This document shows, one piece after another, positions 17,631 through 26,806 of a DNA stretch of 27,122 nucleotides. The notes under the pieces are model-generated. The model ran no database searches and was not told the origin of the DNA. It was given only the letters and a program-made list of their open reading frames with translations. A program made the position numbers and the translations under genes. How positions within the stretch are numbered: position 1 is the stretch's first letter; every line of letters begins with the position of its first letter. The DNA comes from Elusimicrobiota bacterium (GTDB lineage Bacteria > Elusimicrobiota > UBA8919): positions 1 through 27,122 of the forward strand of contig JBDRIG010000037.1 in NCBI GenBank assembly GCA_043816185.1, written 5' to 3'.

Positions 17631-18262
17631 AAAATAAATTTTAACCCAAAATAGATAATAACACAGTTGGCAATTATCTTAAATATCCAAGAAATTTTCT
17701 TGGTTTTTGAAATATATAAATTAAAAATTCCGCCAAGTAATCCAACAAGAATCAAAGGTGAAAAAAGTGTACCAATTCCAAATATAAGACCGTTGAAAAA
17801 TCCATCGAAAATATTTTCCGATTTACAAACAATGTAAGTAAGAACTCCAGCGAGAGGTGCACAAGGGGTAAGTCCTATAAAAACACCGAGTAAAAAAGTA
17901 CCATAATTTTGTGTATTCTTGCCAAAATAATTACAAAAAAGATTGCAAAATTTTACATTGTTTTTAAATAAACTATATGCTGGCAATGTAAGTAATATTA
18001 TAAACCCTGCAACCTGTTTAAAAATATTTTTTTGAATTTCAAGTGTATTGATAAAAGCAACGGCAACTACTGCCAAAATACTGTAAGCGGTTATTCGTCC
18101 CAAAGAAAAAATTATTGTGAATAATAAACCTTTTTTGCAATTAAATTCTTTCGCAAAAATATAAGAAGAAGTTAATGGAGCACAAAACAAAAAGCAGGGA
18201 CCAAAACCAAGCGTTATCCCTGCAATGAATAGTTCCACAAAATTTTTTGTATCTACTACCAT
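17627..18262 (-). CDS. DsbD_2/TauE-like membrane protein with conserved Cys motifs
   Basis: GPCFLFCAP, FSLGRITAY, G..PCAPL and FGIGT pattern. The ATG at 18262 overlaps the upstream stop region, and its stop overlaps the next ATG (ATGA). Confidence 0.8.
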   Translation of the reverse strand: MVVDTKNFVELFIAGITLGFGPCFLFCAPLTSSYIFAKEFNCKKGLLFTIIFSLGRITAYSILAVVAVAFINTLEIQKNIFKQVAGFIILLTLPAYSLFKNNVKFCNLFCNYFGKNTQNYGTFLLGVFIGLTPCAPLAGVLTYIVCKSENIFDGFFNGLIFGIGTLFSPLILVGLLGGIFNLYISKTKKISWIFKIIANCVIIYFGLKFIL

Positions 18263-19362
18263 ATACCGTATATTTTTTGTCCACAAAAATTACATTTACC
18301 ATTTTTAACACAATTATTAACAACCCAAAAACCTTGTCGTTCTATAATAAGTTTTTTGCATTTTGGACAATATGTATTTTCGCCAATATTGCCCAATGGC
18401 ACATTGCCTACATAAACATATTTTAGGCCCTCTGCTATGGCAATTTTTCTCAAATTCTCAACGGTGGAAACAGGGGTTGATGGATAGTTGGTCATTTTGT
18501 AATCGGGATGAAACCTTATAAAATGAAGTGGAACATCCGTCCCAATATTTTCTTTCAACCATCTACACATTTTTTTTATTTCATCAGGATTATCGTTAAG
18601 TGTAGGCACAACAAGATATACAATTTCAAGATGCACCCCTGATTTCTTTACAATTTTTATTGTTTCCAAAATTGGTTCAAGTCTTGCACCAACGATATCT
18701 TTGTAGTATTTTTCGTTAAATGCCTTTAAGTCCACTTTGTAAGCATCGACATATTTAAGCAGTTTTTTTAATGGCTCAGGATTGATATAGCCACAGGATA
18801 CTACAACATTTTTTAGCCCTTCTTTTTTGGCAATAGATGAAACTTCAATCATATACTCATAAAAAACTGTCGGCTCGTTGTAAGTATAGGCAATAATTTT
18901 TGCGCCAGATTTTTTGGCAAGTTTTACGATGTCCTGCGGTGGGATATACAAAGCATTGCTTTCTTCTGGAGTAATTTTTGACAACTGCCAGTTCTGACAA
19001 AATTTGCATCCTACATTACAGCCAGCAGTTGCAATTGAAAATGCTTGTTCGGAAGGTAAAAAATGAAAAAATGGTTTTTTTTCTATGGGATCAACATTGA
19101 TAGTGGAAACGCGGCCGTAATTAAGTGTAATGAGTTTACCGTCTTGATTTTCTCTCGTTCTGCAAAAACCTCTTTGCTTTGGTGCAATAGTACATTTCCA
19201 AGGACAAAGATTACATTTGACAAATTTATTCGGAAGTTCTTCATAAAAAAGTGCTTTTTTCTGTTGAATTTTTGCGTCTTTATATTTCGGAAATGCATCC
19301 GCAATAATAAGTTGGTTGACAAACAAAAAAGCAACAAATGAAACACTAAATTTTAACCACAT
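18256..19362 (-). CDS. amrS: AmmeMemoRadiSam system radical SAM enzyme
   Basis: CNLCPWKC...GFCRTREN, DPIEKKP.FHF.P, CNVGCKFCQNW (CX3CX2C), YTYNEP, and a C-terminal CPKC...CNFC. Start taken at the ATG at 19362, because the upstream extension overlaps the tRNA promoter. Confidence 0.9.
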   Translation of the reverse strand: MWLKFSVSFVAFLFVNQLIIADAFPKYKDAKIQQKKALFYEELPNKFVKCNLCPWKCTIAPKQRGFCRTRENQDGKLITLNYGRVSTINVDPIEKKPFFHFLPSEQAFSIATAGCNVGCKFCQNWQLSKITPEESNALYIPPQDIVKLAKKSGAKIIAYTYNEPTVFYEYMIEVSSIAKKEGLKNVVVSCGYINPEPLKKLLKYVDAYKVDLKAFNEKYYKDIVGARLEPILETIKIVKKSGVHLEIVYLVVPTLNDNPDEIKKMCRWLKENIGTDVPLHFIRFHPDYKMTNYPSTPVSTVENLRKIAIAEGLKYVYVGNVPLGNIGENTYCPKCKKLIIERQGFWVVNNCVKNGKCNFCGQKIYGIW

Positions 19363-19401
19363 TTTTATATTTTCTGAAAACCAACACGCAGAAAAAAAAC
19401 A

Positions 19402-19430
19402 TTGACTTTTTAGATTTTTATAAATATAAT
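19402..19430 (+). promoter_or_regulatory. Consensus sigma70 promoter for tRNA-Leu
   Basis: TTGACT (19402-19407), 17 bp, TATAAT (19425-19430). Confidence 0.8.
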
Positions 19431-19456
19431 AATTCTCGAACTTTAAACAAAACAAC

Positions 19457-19543
19457 GCCGGAGTGGCGAAACTGGCAGACGCAGCAGACTCAAAATCTGC
19501 CGGCTCTTATGGAGTCGTGTGGGTTCAATTCCCTCCTCCGGCA
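19457..19543 (+). tRNA. tRNA-Leu (anticodon CAA); CCA not encoded
   Basis: GCCGGAG/CTCCGGC acceptor stem, TGGCAGAC D-loop, GCAGA-CTCAAAA-TCTGC anticodon arm, long variable arm, GGTTCAATTCC T-arm. Confidence 0.97.
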
Positions 19544-19589
19544 AAATTTAAACTAATCTGATTTGACGCCAACCGAATTGAACACTGAT

Positions 19590-20459
19590 TCACTCCGATA
19601 ACCTACAACCATCTGCATCTATTTCCAAAATCTCTCTCAACGATACTATTTCATACCCTTTTTTCTTAATACCTTTTATTATTTCAGAAAGTGCTTGTGC
19701 TGTAGATTTTTTTTCATGAAATAAAAAAATTGTACCAGGTTCAACATTTTTTAAATATTTTTCTACGATTTCCTCTTTTGTATTTTTTTGCCAATCACAA
19801 CCAAATGTCCAGTTAACAATCACATATTTTTTCTCTTTTGCTACTTTCCGAACTACTGGAGATATAAAGCCATTAGGCATTCTCATGAAAAATGGCTTTA
19901 TATTAGCAAGTTCATGTATGGTGTCCTCAGTAGAGATAAGTTCTTTGATAAGAATTTTTTCTACCTCCTCTATAGATTTTTTCTCTTTAAGTTGATAATA
20001 ATTTTTATGTGAATATGTATGGTTGCCGATTTCATGGCCAGCCTGCAAATATTTATTTACACTTTGTGGATAACGTTTGGTATTTACACCAACGATAAAA
20101 AATGTTGCTTTTACATTTTCGTCTTTGAGCACTTTAAGAATTTTATCAAGTACTTCGGGTTTAGGCCCATCATCAAATGTTAAAGCAACCCACTTTTTTG
20201 ATGACAAGCCATCGGTATAAAATGTGCCATAATCAATTCTTTTTTTGGAGTTGTCGATTGAAACAATTTTTTCTTTAGTTTTGTTAACTGTAGTGATTTC
20301 TTCTTTAGCTTCACTGACCGCAACAGGTATTTTCTCTTTTTTACAACAAGTAAAGAAAACGGGTAGAAAATAGAAAATAAATGGTAAAAGGCGAAACCAT
20401 CTTTTGTGTATTGATTTTGTATTTTTTTGTGTGTCAACTTCGTATTTTTTAGCAAACAT
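19590..20459 (-). CDS. Polysaccharide deacetylase (CE4/NodB), probably a lipoprotein
   Basis: ALTFDDGP, ATFF, GHEIGNHTYSH, RMP.G and IFLFH motifs; hydrophobic segment ending FFTCC. Confidence 0.92.
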   Translation of the reverse strand: MFAKKYEVDTQKNTKSIHKRWFRLLPFIFYFLPVFFTCCKKEKIPVAVSEAKEEITTVNKTKEKIVSIDNSKKRIDYGTFYTDGLSSKKWVALTFDDGPKPEVLDKILKVLKDENVKATFFIVGVNTKRYPQSVNKYLQAGHEIGNHTYSHKNYYQLKEKKSIEEVEKILIKELISTEDTIHELANIKPFFMRMPNGFISPVVRKVAKEKKYVIVNWTFGCDWQKNTKEEIVEKYLKNVEPGTIFLFHEKKSTAQALSEIIKGIKKKGYEIVSLREILEIDADGCRLSE

Positions 20460-20478
20460 TTAATTTCTCCAGATTTTT

Positions 20479-21048
20479 TTATCCAAGCAATTTCATAATA
20501 AAAGCAGAGACTGTTGGAATCAACAGATTGTCTTTTGTGAAAAAGATTTCTATGATTGCTGCGGCAATGGCTCCAAAAAAAATTTGCGAAAATTTCATAT
20601 GACAAAAAAAGGAAAAAATAATTCCAACAACAAGACAACTTAAAAAATTTGCCACCACGCCTTCTAAGGTTTTGTTGTTAAAAATTTTATTTTTTCCATA
20701 TTTCTCACCGACAAGAGCAGCAAAACCATCTCCGAAGATAAGAAAAAATATGGCAAGTAAAGCGATTTTTTTCTCAAAAAAAAGAATTGCAAAAAATATG
20801 CCAGAGAGAGTAAAGAGAAGTGTTGAAATTTTCTTTGTTTCGTTCTGGCGATAGATACCATCAAAAATTTTCAGTATTTTTTGATTCAATTTTTCATTTT
20901 TCAAACGAACTAACTCAAAAACTGCAACAATCAATATTATAACTACTAAAATTGTAAGAACCATTTTTTCCTCTAAAAAAAATATATAAAAAAACGGAAC
21001 TAACAGTATAAACCAATGCGATATTTTTCTTTTTGCTTCAGGAGTCAT
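20479..21048 (-). CDS. SEC59/DGK1/phytol-kinase-like (CTP_transf_1) membrane protein
   Basis: RK..H, FGDGFAALVG..YG, KTLEG and DNLLIP motifs. The ATG at 21048 was chosen as the start. Confidence 0.85.
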   Translation of the reverse strand: MTPEAKRKISHWFILLVPFFYIFFLEEKMVLTILVVIILIVAVFELVRLKNEKLNQKILKIFDGIYRQNETKKISTLLFTLSGIFFAILFFEKKIALLAIFFLIFGDGFAALVGEKYGKNKIFNNKTLEGVVANFLSCLVVGIIFSFFCHMKFSQIFFGAIAAAIIEIFFTKDNLLIPTVSAFIMKLLG

Positions 21049-21080
21049 AATAACACCAACTATCAAAGATTATGAAAATT

Positions 21081-21129
21081 AAATTTTTCCTAATTTTTCC
21101 TAATTTTTTCTCAATCTTTCCTAATCTTT
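21081..21129. repeat. Degenerate ~10-nt tandem repeat (TAATTTTTCC)
   Basis: aaatttttcc taatttttcc taattttttc tcaatctttcc taatcttt, between rng and the kinase gene. Confidence 0.6.
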
Positions 21130-22565
21130 TAATTACCCAATATTATCCTATAATCCTCACGATGAACTTGTGAATTTGCTTCAACGATTATTTTTCTGTT
21201 TATTTTGTTTTCTATTTTTTTTACGTAATCTTTATTAAAAATCTCGGCAATATCACCGTGAATTATTAAACGTACATGCTGTTCACCACTATGGCTAACA
21301 AGTTTTATTATCTCCTTTTTAATCTTAATAGCCATTGTTTCTCGTGATAAAACCTGCCCACTTCCGTCACAGTAAGGACAAGTTTCAGAAAGAAAATTAA
21401 CCATACTTTCCATTTTTCGCTGTCTGGTCATTTCAATAAGCCCAAGTTTGGTAACAGGAAGAATTTCAGTTTTTGCCTTATCTTTTTTCACCAATTCAAC
21501 TAAAAGCTTGAACACTTTTTTTCTATCATTAGAATGGTACATATCAATCAAGTCTATAACGATAATACCACCTATATTTCTTAATCGCAATTGTAGTGCT
21601 ACTTCATAAATTGCTTCTAAATTGGTTTTTAGAATTATTTCGTTTAACGAATCGGCTTTTGTAAATTTTCCGCTATTGACGTCAATTGCACAAAGCGTTT
21701 CCGCTTCCTGAATTATTATGTAGCCACCCGACGACAATTTGATTTTTTGTTTTTGAATGTTTGCTATCTGCTGTTCAATAGTAGAAATCCCGCCTATAAC
21801 TCCAGAAGTGGTTGTTTCGAAAATCGGCGTCCTTCCTTTATAGTGGTGGATTTTATCCTTAAACTTCGGTGAAATCATCTCTACAAAATTTAACGCATCT
21901 TCGTGCTCGTCTTTTGAATCAATAAAAAACGCAGATATCTCTTCGTTTAGATAGTCACGCGCTGTCTTAAAAATCAAACCTAAATCTCTATGTAGAAGTG
22001 CAATTTTAGGAGATGCTTCAAATTTTTTATTTATTGCTTCCCATAAATTAACTAAATATTTTATCTCTCGCTTAAAAACATCTTTTCCTTTCCCCGCACC
22101 TTCACTTCTTACTATAAATCCGTCAATCGGCTGCTTAATTTCTTGAATTATTGATTTAAGTCGGAATCGTTCTTTTTCATCGGTAATATTCTTAGAAATA
22201 CCTATGTGGTGTGAGCTTGGTATATAGACAAGATAATGTCCTGGAAGAGAAATCTGCTGGGTTAATTTCGAACCCTTCGTGCCCAACGGACCTTTGGTTA
22301 CCTGTACAGGTAAAAATTTTGTTTTTGGCAATTCCGATTTATTAATCGTCAATTCAGAAAATGGAAGATAGCCATTTTTCGAAACCCCTATATCTATAAA
22401 AGATGCCTGAATGCCGTCGAGAACAGATACAACCTTTCCTTTATAGATATTACCGACCACATTTTCCTCGCTAAGACGCTCAATAAAAAAATCGGTAAGA
22501 TGCCCATCCTCAACAATGGCAACCCTTACTTCATCTTCACTACAATTTGCTAAAATTTCTTTCAC
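21129..22565 (-). CDS. rng: Ribonuclease E/G family (RNase G-like)
   Basis: GNIYKGKV..V..G.QA.FIDIG, VQVTK.P.GTKG, AIDVNSG, QLRLRNIGGIIVID.IDM, GLIEMTRQR, CPYCDG.G. GAGG RBS upstream. Confidence 0.93.
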   Translation of the reverse strand: MKEILANCSEDEVRVAIVEDGHLTDFFIERLSEENVVGNIYKGKVVSVLDGIQASFIDIGVSKNGYLPFSELTINKSELPKTKFLPVQVTKGPLGTKGSKLTQQISLPGHYLVYIPSSHHIGISKNITDEKERFRLKSIIQEIKQPIDGFIVRSEGAGKGKDVFKREIKYLVNLWEAINKKFEASPKIALLHRDLGLIFKTARDYLNEEISAFFIDSKDEHEDALNFVEMISPKFKDKIHHYKGRTPIFETTTSGVIGGISTIEQQIANIQKQKIKLSSGGYIIIQEAETLCAIDVNSGKFTKADSLNEIILKTNLEAIYEVALQLRLRNIGGIIVIDLIDMYHSNDRKKVFKLLVELVKKDKAKTEILPVTKLGLIEMTRQRKMESMVNFLSETCPYCDGSGQVLSRETMAIKIKKEIIKLVSHSGEQHVRLIIHGDIAEIFNKDYVKKIENKINRKIIVEANSQVHREDYRIILGN

Positions 22566-22644
22566 TAAATTCCTCCCCTCTTAATTTTTTTTTAACTCAT
22601 ACCATAAAAAATTATACTTTTAGTATTTTTAGAAAGATTTGTGT

Positions 22645-23373
22645 TTATATCTGCCTTAATTCGCCATCTGGCATTTCGTAAAAAAATTCATCCCTGTTTA
22701 CTTTTAGTTCAGATTTTTCATCGTCGGTTAAACCAAAAATTTTTTGGATTACTATGTCGGGCTTGATAGTTTTTTTAGGACCAAATCTTAAAAGTATTTC
22801 GATTTGAAATCGTCGCAAAACGGTTTCATTTTGATGGATATCGGGATCTAAATGTTTCATATAAATCACTAATGGTCTGGTATCAATGGTTCTCCTACTT
22901 TTATCGGTAATTCTTTCTATTAAAAACTCTTTTGTTGAAAAAAAATCCTTTATTTTTGTTTGTACATCTGAGGAAAGTTCGGTAAGAGCAACATCATTTT
23001 GCAAAAATATTTCAATAGAATATTTGGCCACATTTACAAGTAATTCTAATGATTTAGAAACAACTGGTACAGGCACTATAGATATAATATCCAAATCATG
23101 TGGCATACTTGATGACAGGGATTTTTTAATCTCATCAGCAGAAACACGACGAAACATTTCCATATCAAAAATTTCACAAGTTGAGGTATAGCCAACAGCG
23201 AGAGGAGGACCAAACGAAACCTTTATTTGAGGATTAAACCCAGAAGACATACATACAGGCAACGACGCACGACGAATTGCTTGACGAATTGCCGATACAA
23301 CCTCAAGATGCGTCAAAAATCTTAGTGATTTTCCTTTGATATATTTAACCCTTATTTTAGATACAGCTCTCAC
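22645..23373 (-). CDS. TIGR03936/DUF2344 radical SAM-associated protein
   Basis: RVKY.KG..LRF..HL...QAIRRA.LP...S.GFNP..K.SFGPPL.VG..S..E. Conserved upstream of rne/rng. Confidence 0.88.
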   Translation of the reverse strand: MRAVSKIRVKYIKGKSLRFLTHLEVVSAIRQAIRRASLPVCMSSGFNPQIKVSFGPPLAVGYTSTCEIFDMEMFRRVSADEIKKSLSSSMPHDLDIISIVPVPVVSKSLELLVNVAKYSIEIFLQNDVALTELSSDVQTKIKDFFSTKEFLIERITDKSRRTIDTRPLVIYMKHLDPDIHQNETVLRRFQIEILLRFGPKKTIKPDIVIQKIFGLTDDEKSELKVNRDEFFYEMPDGELRQI

Positions 23374-23493
23374 TATATTTCACCTTTAACTACACCTTTA
23401 TTGGAAATTAAAATCGCTGACATAATAGCACAAAAAACAAAACTGCTGATATATAAAAACCATACAACCCTATCGCCATATCAAAATATTGTC

Positions 23494-23625
23494 ACTGTGT
23501 CGCAACAGCAAAATGTATGTCATTACGAACGAAACGAAGCAATCTCGAACTTCAACGCCGAGATTTGCGCGGGGCTTCCTTCGGAAGACTCGCAATGACC
23601 AAAAGTGGAGTTATGACACAGTCTC
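23494..23625. mobile_element. MITE-like element with the same terminal repeats as the 117-bp MITE, carrying an internal CGTC palindrome (23519-23599)
   Basis: ACTGTGTCGCAA...TTATGACACAGTCTC ends. The internal palindrome matches 782-860, and its right arm matches a remnant at 131-158. Confidence 0.75.
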
Positions 23626-23652
23626 AATGTCATCTTGTTTTGCACCATCTCA

Positions 23653-24057
23653 TCACCGCTTTTCTGTAGCAATCGCCAGACGTTTTACTCCCAGTGTTTT
23701 TGCCATATCAAGAATTTCAACAACATTGCCATGGTGGGTGTGTGTATCTGCTTTTATTACTACAAGCAAATTCGGATCATTCAAAAGCCGATTTTTAAGC
23801 GAATTTTCAAGACGATCTTTATTCACCTCAATATCATTAAAATATATTTTGCCATCTGACGCTACTGTAATAGTAAGATTCACTTCGGAAACATCACGAA
23901 TTGTTTGTGTTTTAGGAAGTTTTATGGGAATTCCAGATTGCATAATCAAAGGAGATGTTACCATAAAAATAATTAAAAGTACAAACACCACATCTACGAG
24001 AGAAGTGATGTTTATCTCGGACATTATTTTTTTTGAATCATTATTTGATATCGCCAT
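23653..24057 (-). CDS. exbD: ExbD/TolR biopolymer transport protein
   Basis: EINITSLVDVVFVLLIIFMVTSP, LP, IKAD....HG.VV...D. Confidence 0.93.
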   Translation of the reverse strand: MAISNNDSKKIMSEINITSLVDVVFVLLIIFMVTSPLIMQSGIPIKLPKTQTIRDVSEVNLTITVASDGKIYFNDIEVNKDRLENSLKNRLLNDPNLLVVIKADTHTHHGNVVEILDMAKTLGVKRLAIATEKR

Positions 24058-24099
24058 AAATTAGACCCGCTTCATTCAGAACTAACTGATTGTACTATT

Positions 24100-24837
24100 T
24101 TAACCAGATTTTTTAACCTGATTACCGTTGGGCAGACACGCCTGACCAGATTTGTTTGTCTGGCGACCGTCGGACAAATTTGGCAGTGGTTTTTCTCTAA
24201 TGTAATTTTCTTGGACAACAATTTCACCATGAATTAATGAGTGCAAAATTTCAAATGCTGTGTTTTCAATATCACAAGATATATGATTTATTTTTTTTAA
24301 AAAATAATTGTAAAACATAACTGATGGAATAGCAATCAAAAGCCCGGCTGCTGTTGTAATGAGTGCTTCGGAAACTCCAGCAGAAACAATTGAAGGATTA
24401 CCTGTACCATATTTTCCCAAATCATGAAATGCACGCATAATACCTAAAACAGTTCCTAAAAGCCCAACAAAAGGCGAAATAACACCAATTGTTCCAATAA
24501 TAAAAAGATGTTTTTCAAGAAGCAGAATTTTTTGTGAAATTTTTCTTAAGACGGCCTCTTTAATAGCAATACCATTTTTATTTTTGAGCCCTTCTATCAA
24601 TACATCACCTAAAAACATTTTACTTTTTTGAGAAATTTCTACGACAGTTTTTATATCGCCCGACTCAATAACTGATTTCATTTCGTCAATTTCTTTTCTT
24701 GTCGGATTTTTTATTCTTGACAAGGATATAAACTTTTCTATCAGAACAGCAATCAAAATTACAGAACAGATTATTAAAATAATAATTGTGTAGCCACCTT
24801 TACTTACAAGTTGAAAAAAATCCAACGATTCAAACAT
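24100..24837 (-). CDS. exbB: MotA/TolQ/ExbB proton channel protein
   Basis: IG.ISPFVGLLGTVLGIMRAF and GVSEALITTAAGLLIAIP motifs; AGGAGG RBS. Confidence 0.92.
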   Translation of the reverse strand: MFESLDFFQLVSKGGYTIIILIICSVILIAVLIEKFISLSRIKNPTRKEIDEMKSVIESGDIKTVVEISQKSKMFLGDVLIEGLKNKNGIAIKEAVLRKISQKILLLEKHLFIIGTIGVISPFVGLLGTVLGIMRAFHDLGKYGTGNPSIVSAGVSEALITTAAGLLIAIPSVMFYNYFLKKINHISCDIENTAFEILHSLIHGEIVVQENYIREKPLPNLSDGRQTNKSGQACLPNGNQVKKSG

Positions 24838-24931
24838 TTTTATCCTCCTAACGCTACTTTATTAAGTTCAGTTCGTCATTGAGACTGTGTCGCAATGACG
24901 GCTTTTTGCAACGACACCTAATCCCACTTTT

Positions 24932-26011
24932 TTACTTCGCAGAAATCTTCCATAACAAAAATGTGTCAAAAATACTCCATACTAACGACAGAAAAAATAT
25001 AATATCCAAAAGTATAAAAAAATTTGTCGACAAAAAATCACGGGCATTTTCATAAGAATCTTCAATGCATGTAATCTTTGTTTCAACCCATTTTTCTATA
25101 TCGTCGGTATTAAAAATTTTATTTATATTTGTGTGAAGCATTTTCAAATGCCAATCATTTTCTATTTCTGGAATATCGGTATGGATACTGGATATAATTT
25201 CAAGTTTATCTCTGTCAAAATCCAATGAATCTTTGCTAAATTTGTTATATTGTGTAAATGTTTTAAGTATTTTTACGCCCGATGGTATACTGGCAAGATG
25301 TTTCTTTGCTTCATCAAGTTCAATGCTTAAAATATAATCATATGATTTTAATGTCCACCATTGAATAAGAGACATTTTAATTATATCCATAATTACATTT
25401 GAGTTTTCTGATGCTATAAACGCTCCAAATCTCTTGACAAGAATTATTTCATCTTCGTAATAACCATAATTTGCAAGTGGCGATTGATCTAAAACAAAAT
25501 CGGAAAGTTTTTCATAGTTTTCTTCGGCAGAAACAATTCCGTAAAGCGTTTTCAAATTTTTTGTAATAAATATATCAGCCGTTGAAGTTAATTTATCCAT
25601 TGTAAAAACAGGAAAAATTTCAGTATTCAAAAATCTTCTGCCGTATATGTGTGTAGAAAACTGCTGTGCATTAACAATAATATCTTCCAAAAGTTTTTGG
25701 CAATAGTTAATTATCTCTATTTCATTTATTTTTATATGCGACGACATACAGGATAATTGTGCACACATCTGTAAATTTTTGTCAACCTCATCAATATTAG
25801 TATCAGAATAAACTGAAAATGAAATAGAAATTAGACCACTTCCAAATCTATAAATACGGACTTCAACCTCCGCATTTTCATAAACGGTATCGAAAAAAGT
25901 TAATTGGGATAATTTCTGACAATAAAGTGTCTTGGCAACAACGGACAATCCATCGATGGCAAAATCCAAATCCATCCCCATATCAAACGGAAATAAAAGT
26001 GTACAAATCAT
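24932..26011 (-). CDS. Hypothetical membrane-anchored protein, weakly DUF155/RMD1-like
   Basis: Long ORF with N-terminal FPFDMG and RIYRFGSG.ISI, C-terminal helical region and a terminal TM (FILLDIIFFLSLVW). The family call is inference. Confidence 0.6.
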   Translation of the reverse strand: MICTLLFPFDMGMDLDFAIDGLSVVAKTLYCQKLSQLTFFDTVYENAEVEVRIYRFGSGLISISFSVYSDTNIDEVDKNLQMCAQLSCMSSHIKINEIEIINYCQKLLEDIIVNAQQFSTHIYGRRFLNTEIFPVFTMDKLTSTADIFITKNLKTLYGIVSAEENYEKLSDFVLDQSPLANYGYYEDEIILVKRFGAFIASENSNVIMDIIKMSLIQWWTLKSYDYILSIELDEAKKHLASIPSGVKILKTFTQYNKFSKDSLDFDRDKLEIISSIHTDIPEIENDWHLKMLHTNINKIFNTDDIEKWVETKITCIEDSYENARDFLSTNFFILLDIIFFLSLVWSIFDTFLLWKISAK

Positions 26012-26112
26012 AATATAATTATATAAAAGACGTAAAAACAGTAAACAAATAGGAGATAAAGAACGATGAGTAAAAGATAATTCGTTCACTCTTTTCTATT
26101 TACTATTTACAC

Positions 26113-26787
26113 TCACTCTCCTCCCTTACCCACACATTTGTTACTATTTTTATTTATAACGCTTGCGATGATGCCAGCACTAAAACCGTTGTCTATATTA
26201 ACAACGCAAACATTTGGAGAGCAGGAATTGAGCATTGTTAAAAGTGCGGCGTATCCGCCCTTACCTGTTCCATAACCAGTTGACGTCGGAACACCAATCA
26301 CAACCTTTGATATAAGACCACCAACCACCGACGATAATGCACCTTCCATCCCCGCACAAACAACAACACAAGATGCATTTTTTATTATTTTTTGAAACTT
26401 GAAAAGTCGATGAATACCAGCAACACCTACATCATAAATTCTTTCAACATTATTTCCGAGTGCTTCCAAAACAACGGCTGCTTCTTCTGCAAATGGTATA
26501 TCTGATGTCCCAGCAGTAATAACTGCAACATAATTTTTTCCAGATTTTTTTATTGGATTAATTATAACCATTTTTGCTGCTTCGTGATATTTTGCTTGAT
26601 GAATTTTTCTTTTTATTTTAATGGCTATTTTTTTTTTTATCTTAGTTATTATTACAAGTGTCGGATCTTTTATCATTTTGAAAACAATATCAATAATCTG
26701 TTTTTCTGTTTTTCCTAATGAATAAATCGCCTCAGGAAATCCTTGCCTACAAAATCTTTCAGTATCTAATATGAAATCGTTTTTCAT
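26113..26787 (-). CDS. larB: Nickel pincer cofactor biosynthesis protein LarB (PurE-like)
   Basis: R.G.PEAIY..GKT, TAGTSD.P.AEEA, DVGVAGIHRL, AGMEGAL.SVVGGL, VPTS.GYG, MLNSC...V.VVNIDNGF.A. Confidence 0.95.
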   Translation of the reverse strand: MKNDFILDTERFCRQGFPEAIYSLGKTEKQIIDIVFKMIKDPTLVIITKIKKKIAIKIKRKIHQAKYHEAAKMVIINPIKKSGKNYVAVITAGTSDIPFAEEAAVVLEALGNNVERIYDVGVAGIHRLFKFQKIIKNASCVVVCAGMEGALSSVVGGLISKVVIGVPTSTGYGTGKGGYAALLTMLNSCSPNVCVVNIDNGFSAGIIASVINKNSNKCVGKGGE

Positions 26788-26806
26788 TTTTTCGCCTTCC
26801 TAATCA

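Noticed and set aside
19363..19455. N-terminal extension of the radical SAM ORF
   Set aside because: It uses a non-ATG start and overlaps the divergent tRNA-Leu promoter; the ATG at 19362 is more plausible.
19589..19599. TCACTCCGAT match to the tRNA-Pro-like fragment
   Set aside because: Only about 10 bp, in the opposite orientation, and overlapping the deacetylase stop codon; probably chance.
2176..23191. Numerous short ORFs on the + strand and in alternate frames overlapping the long minus-strand genes
   Set aside because: They are shadow ORFs of well-supported genes and show no recognisable motifs.
23401..24064. 65-aa and 191-aa plus-strand ORFs
   Set aside because: They are made of repeat sequence plus the antisense of exbD.
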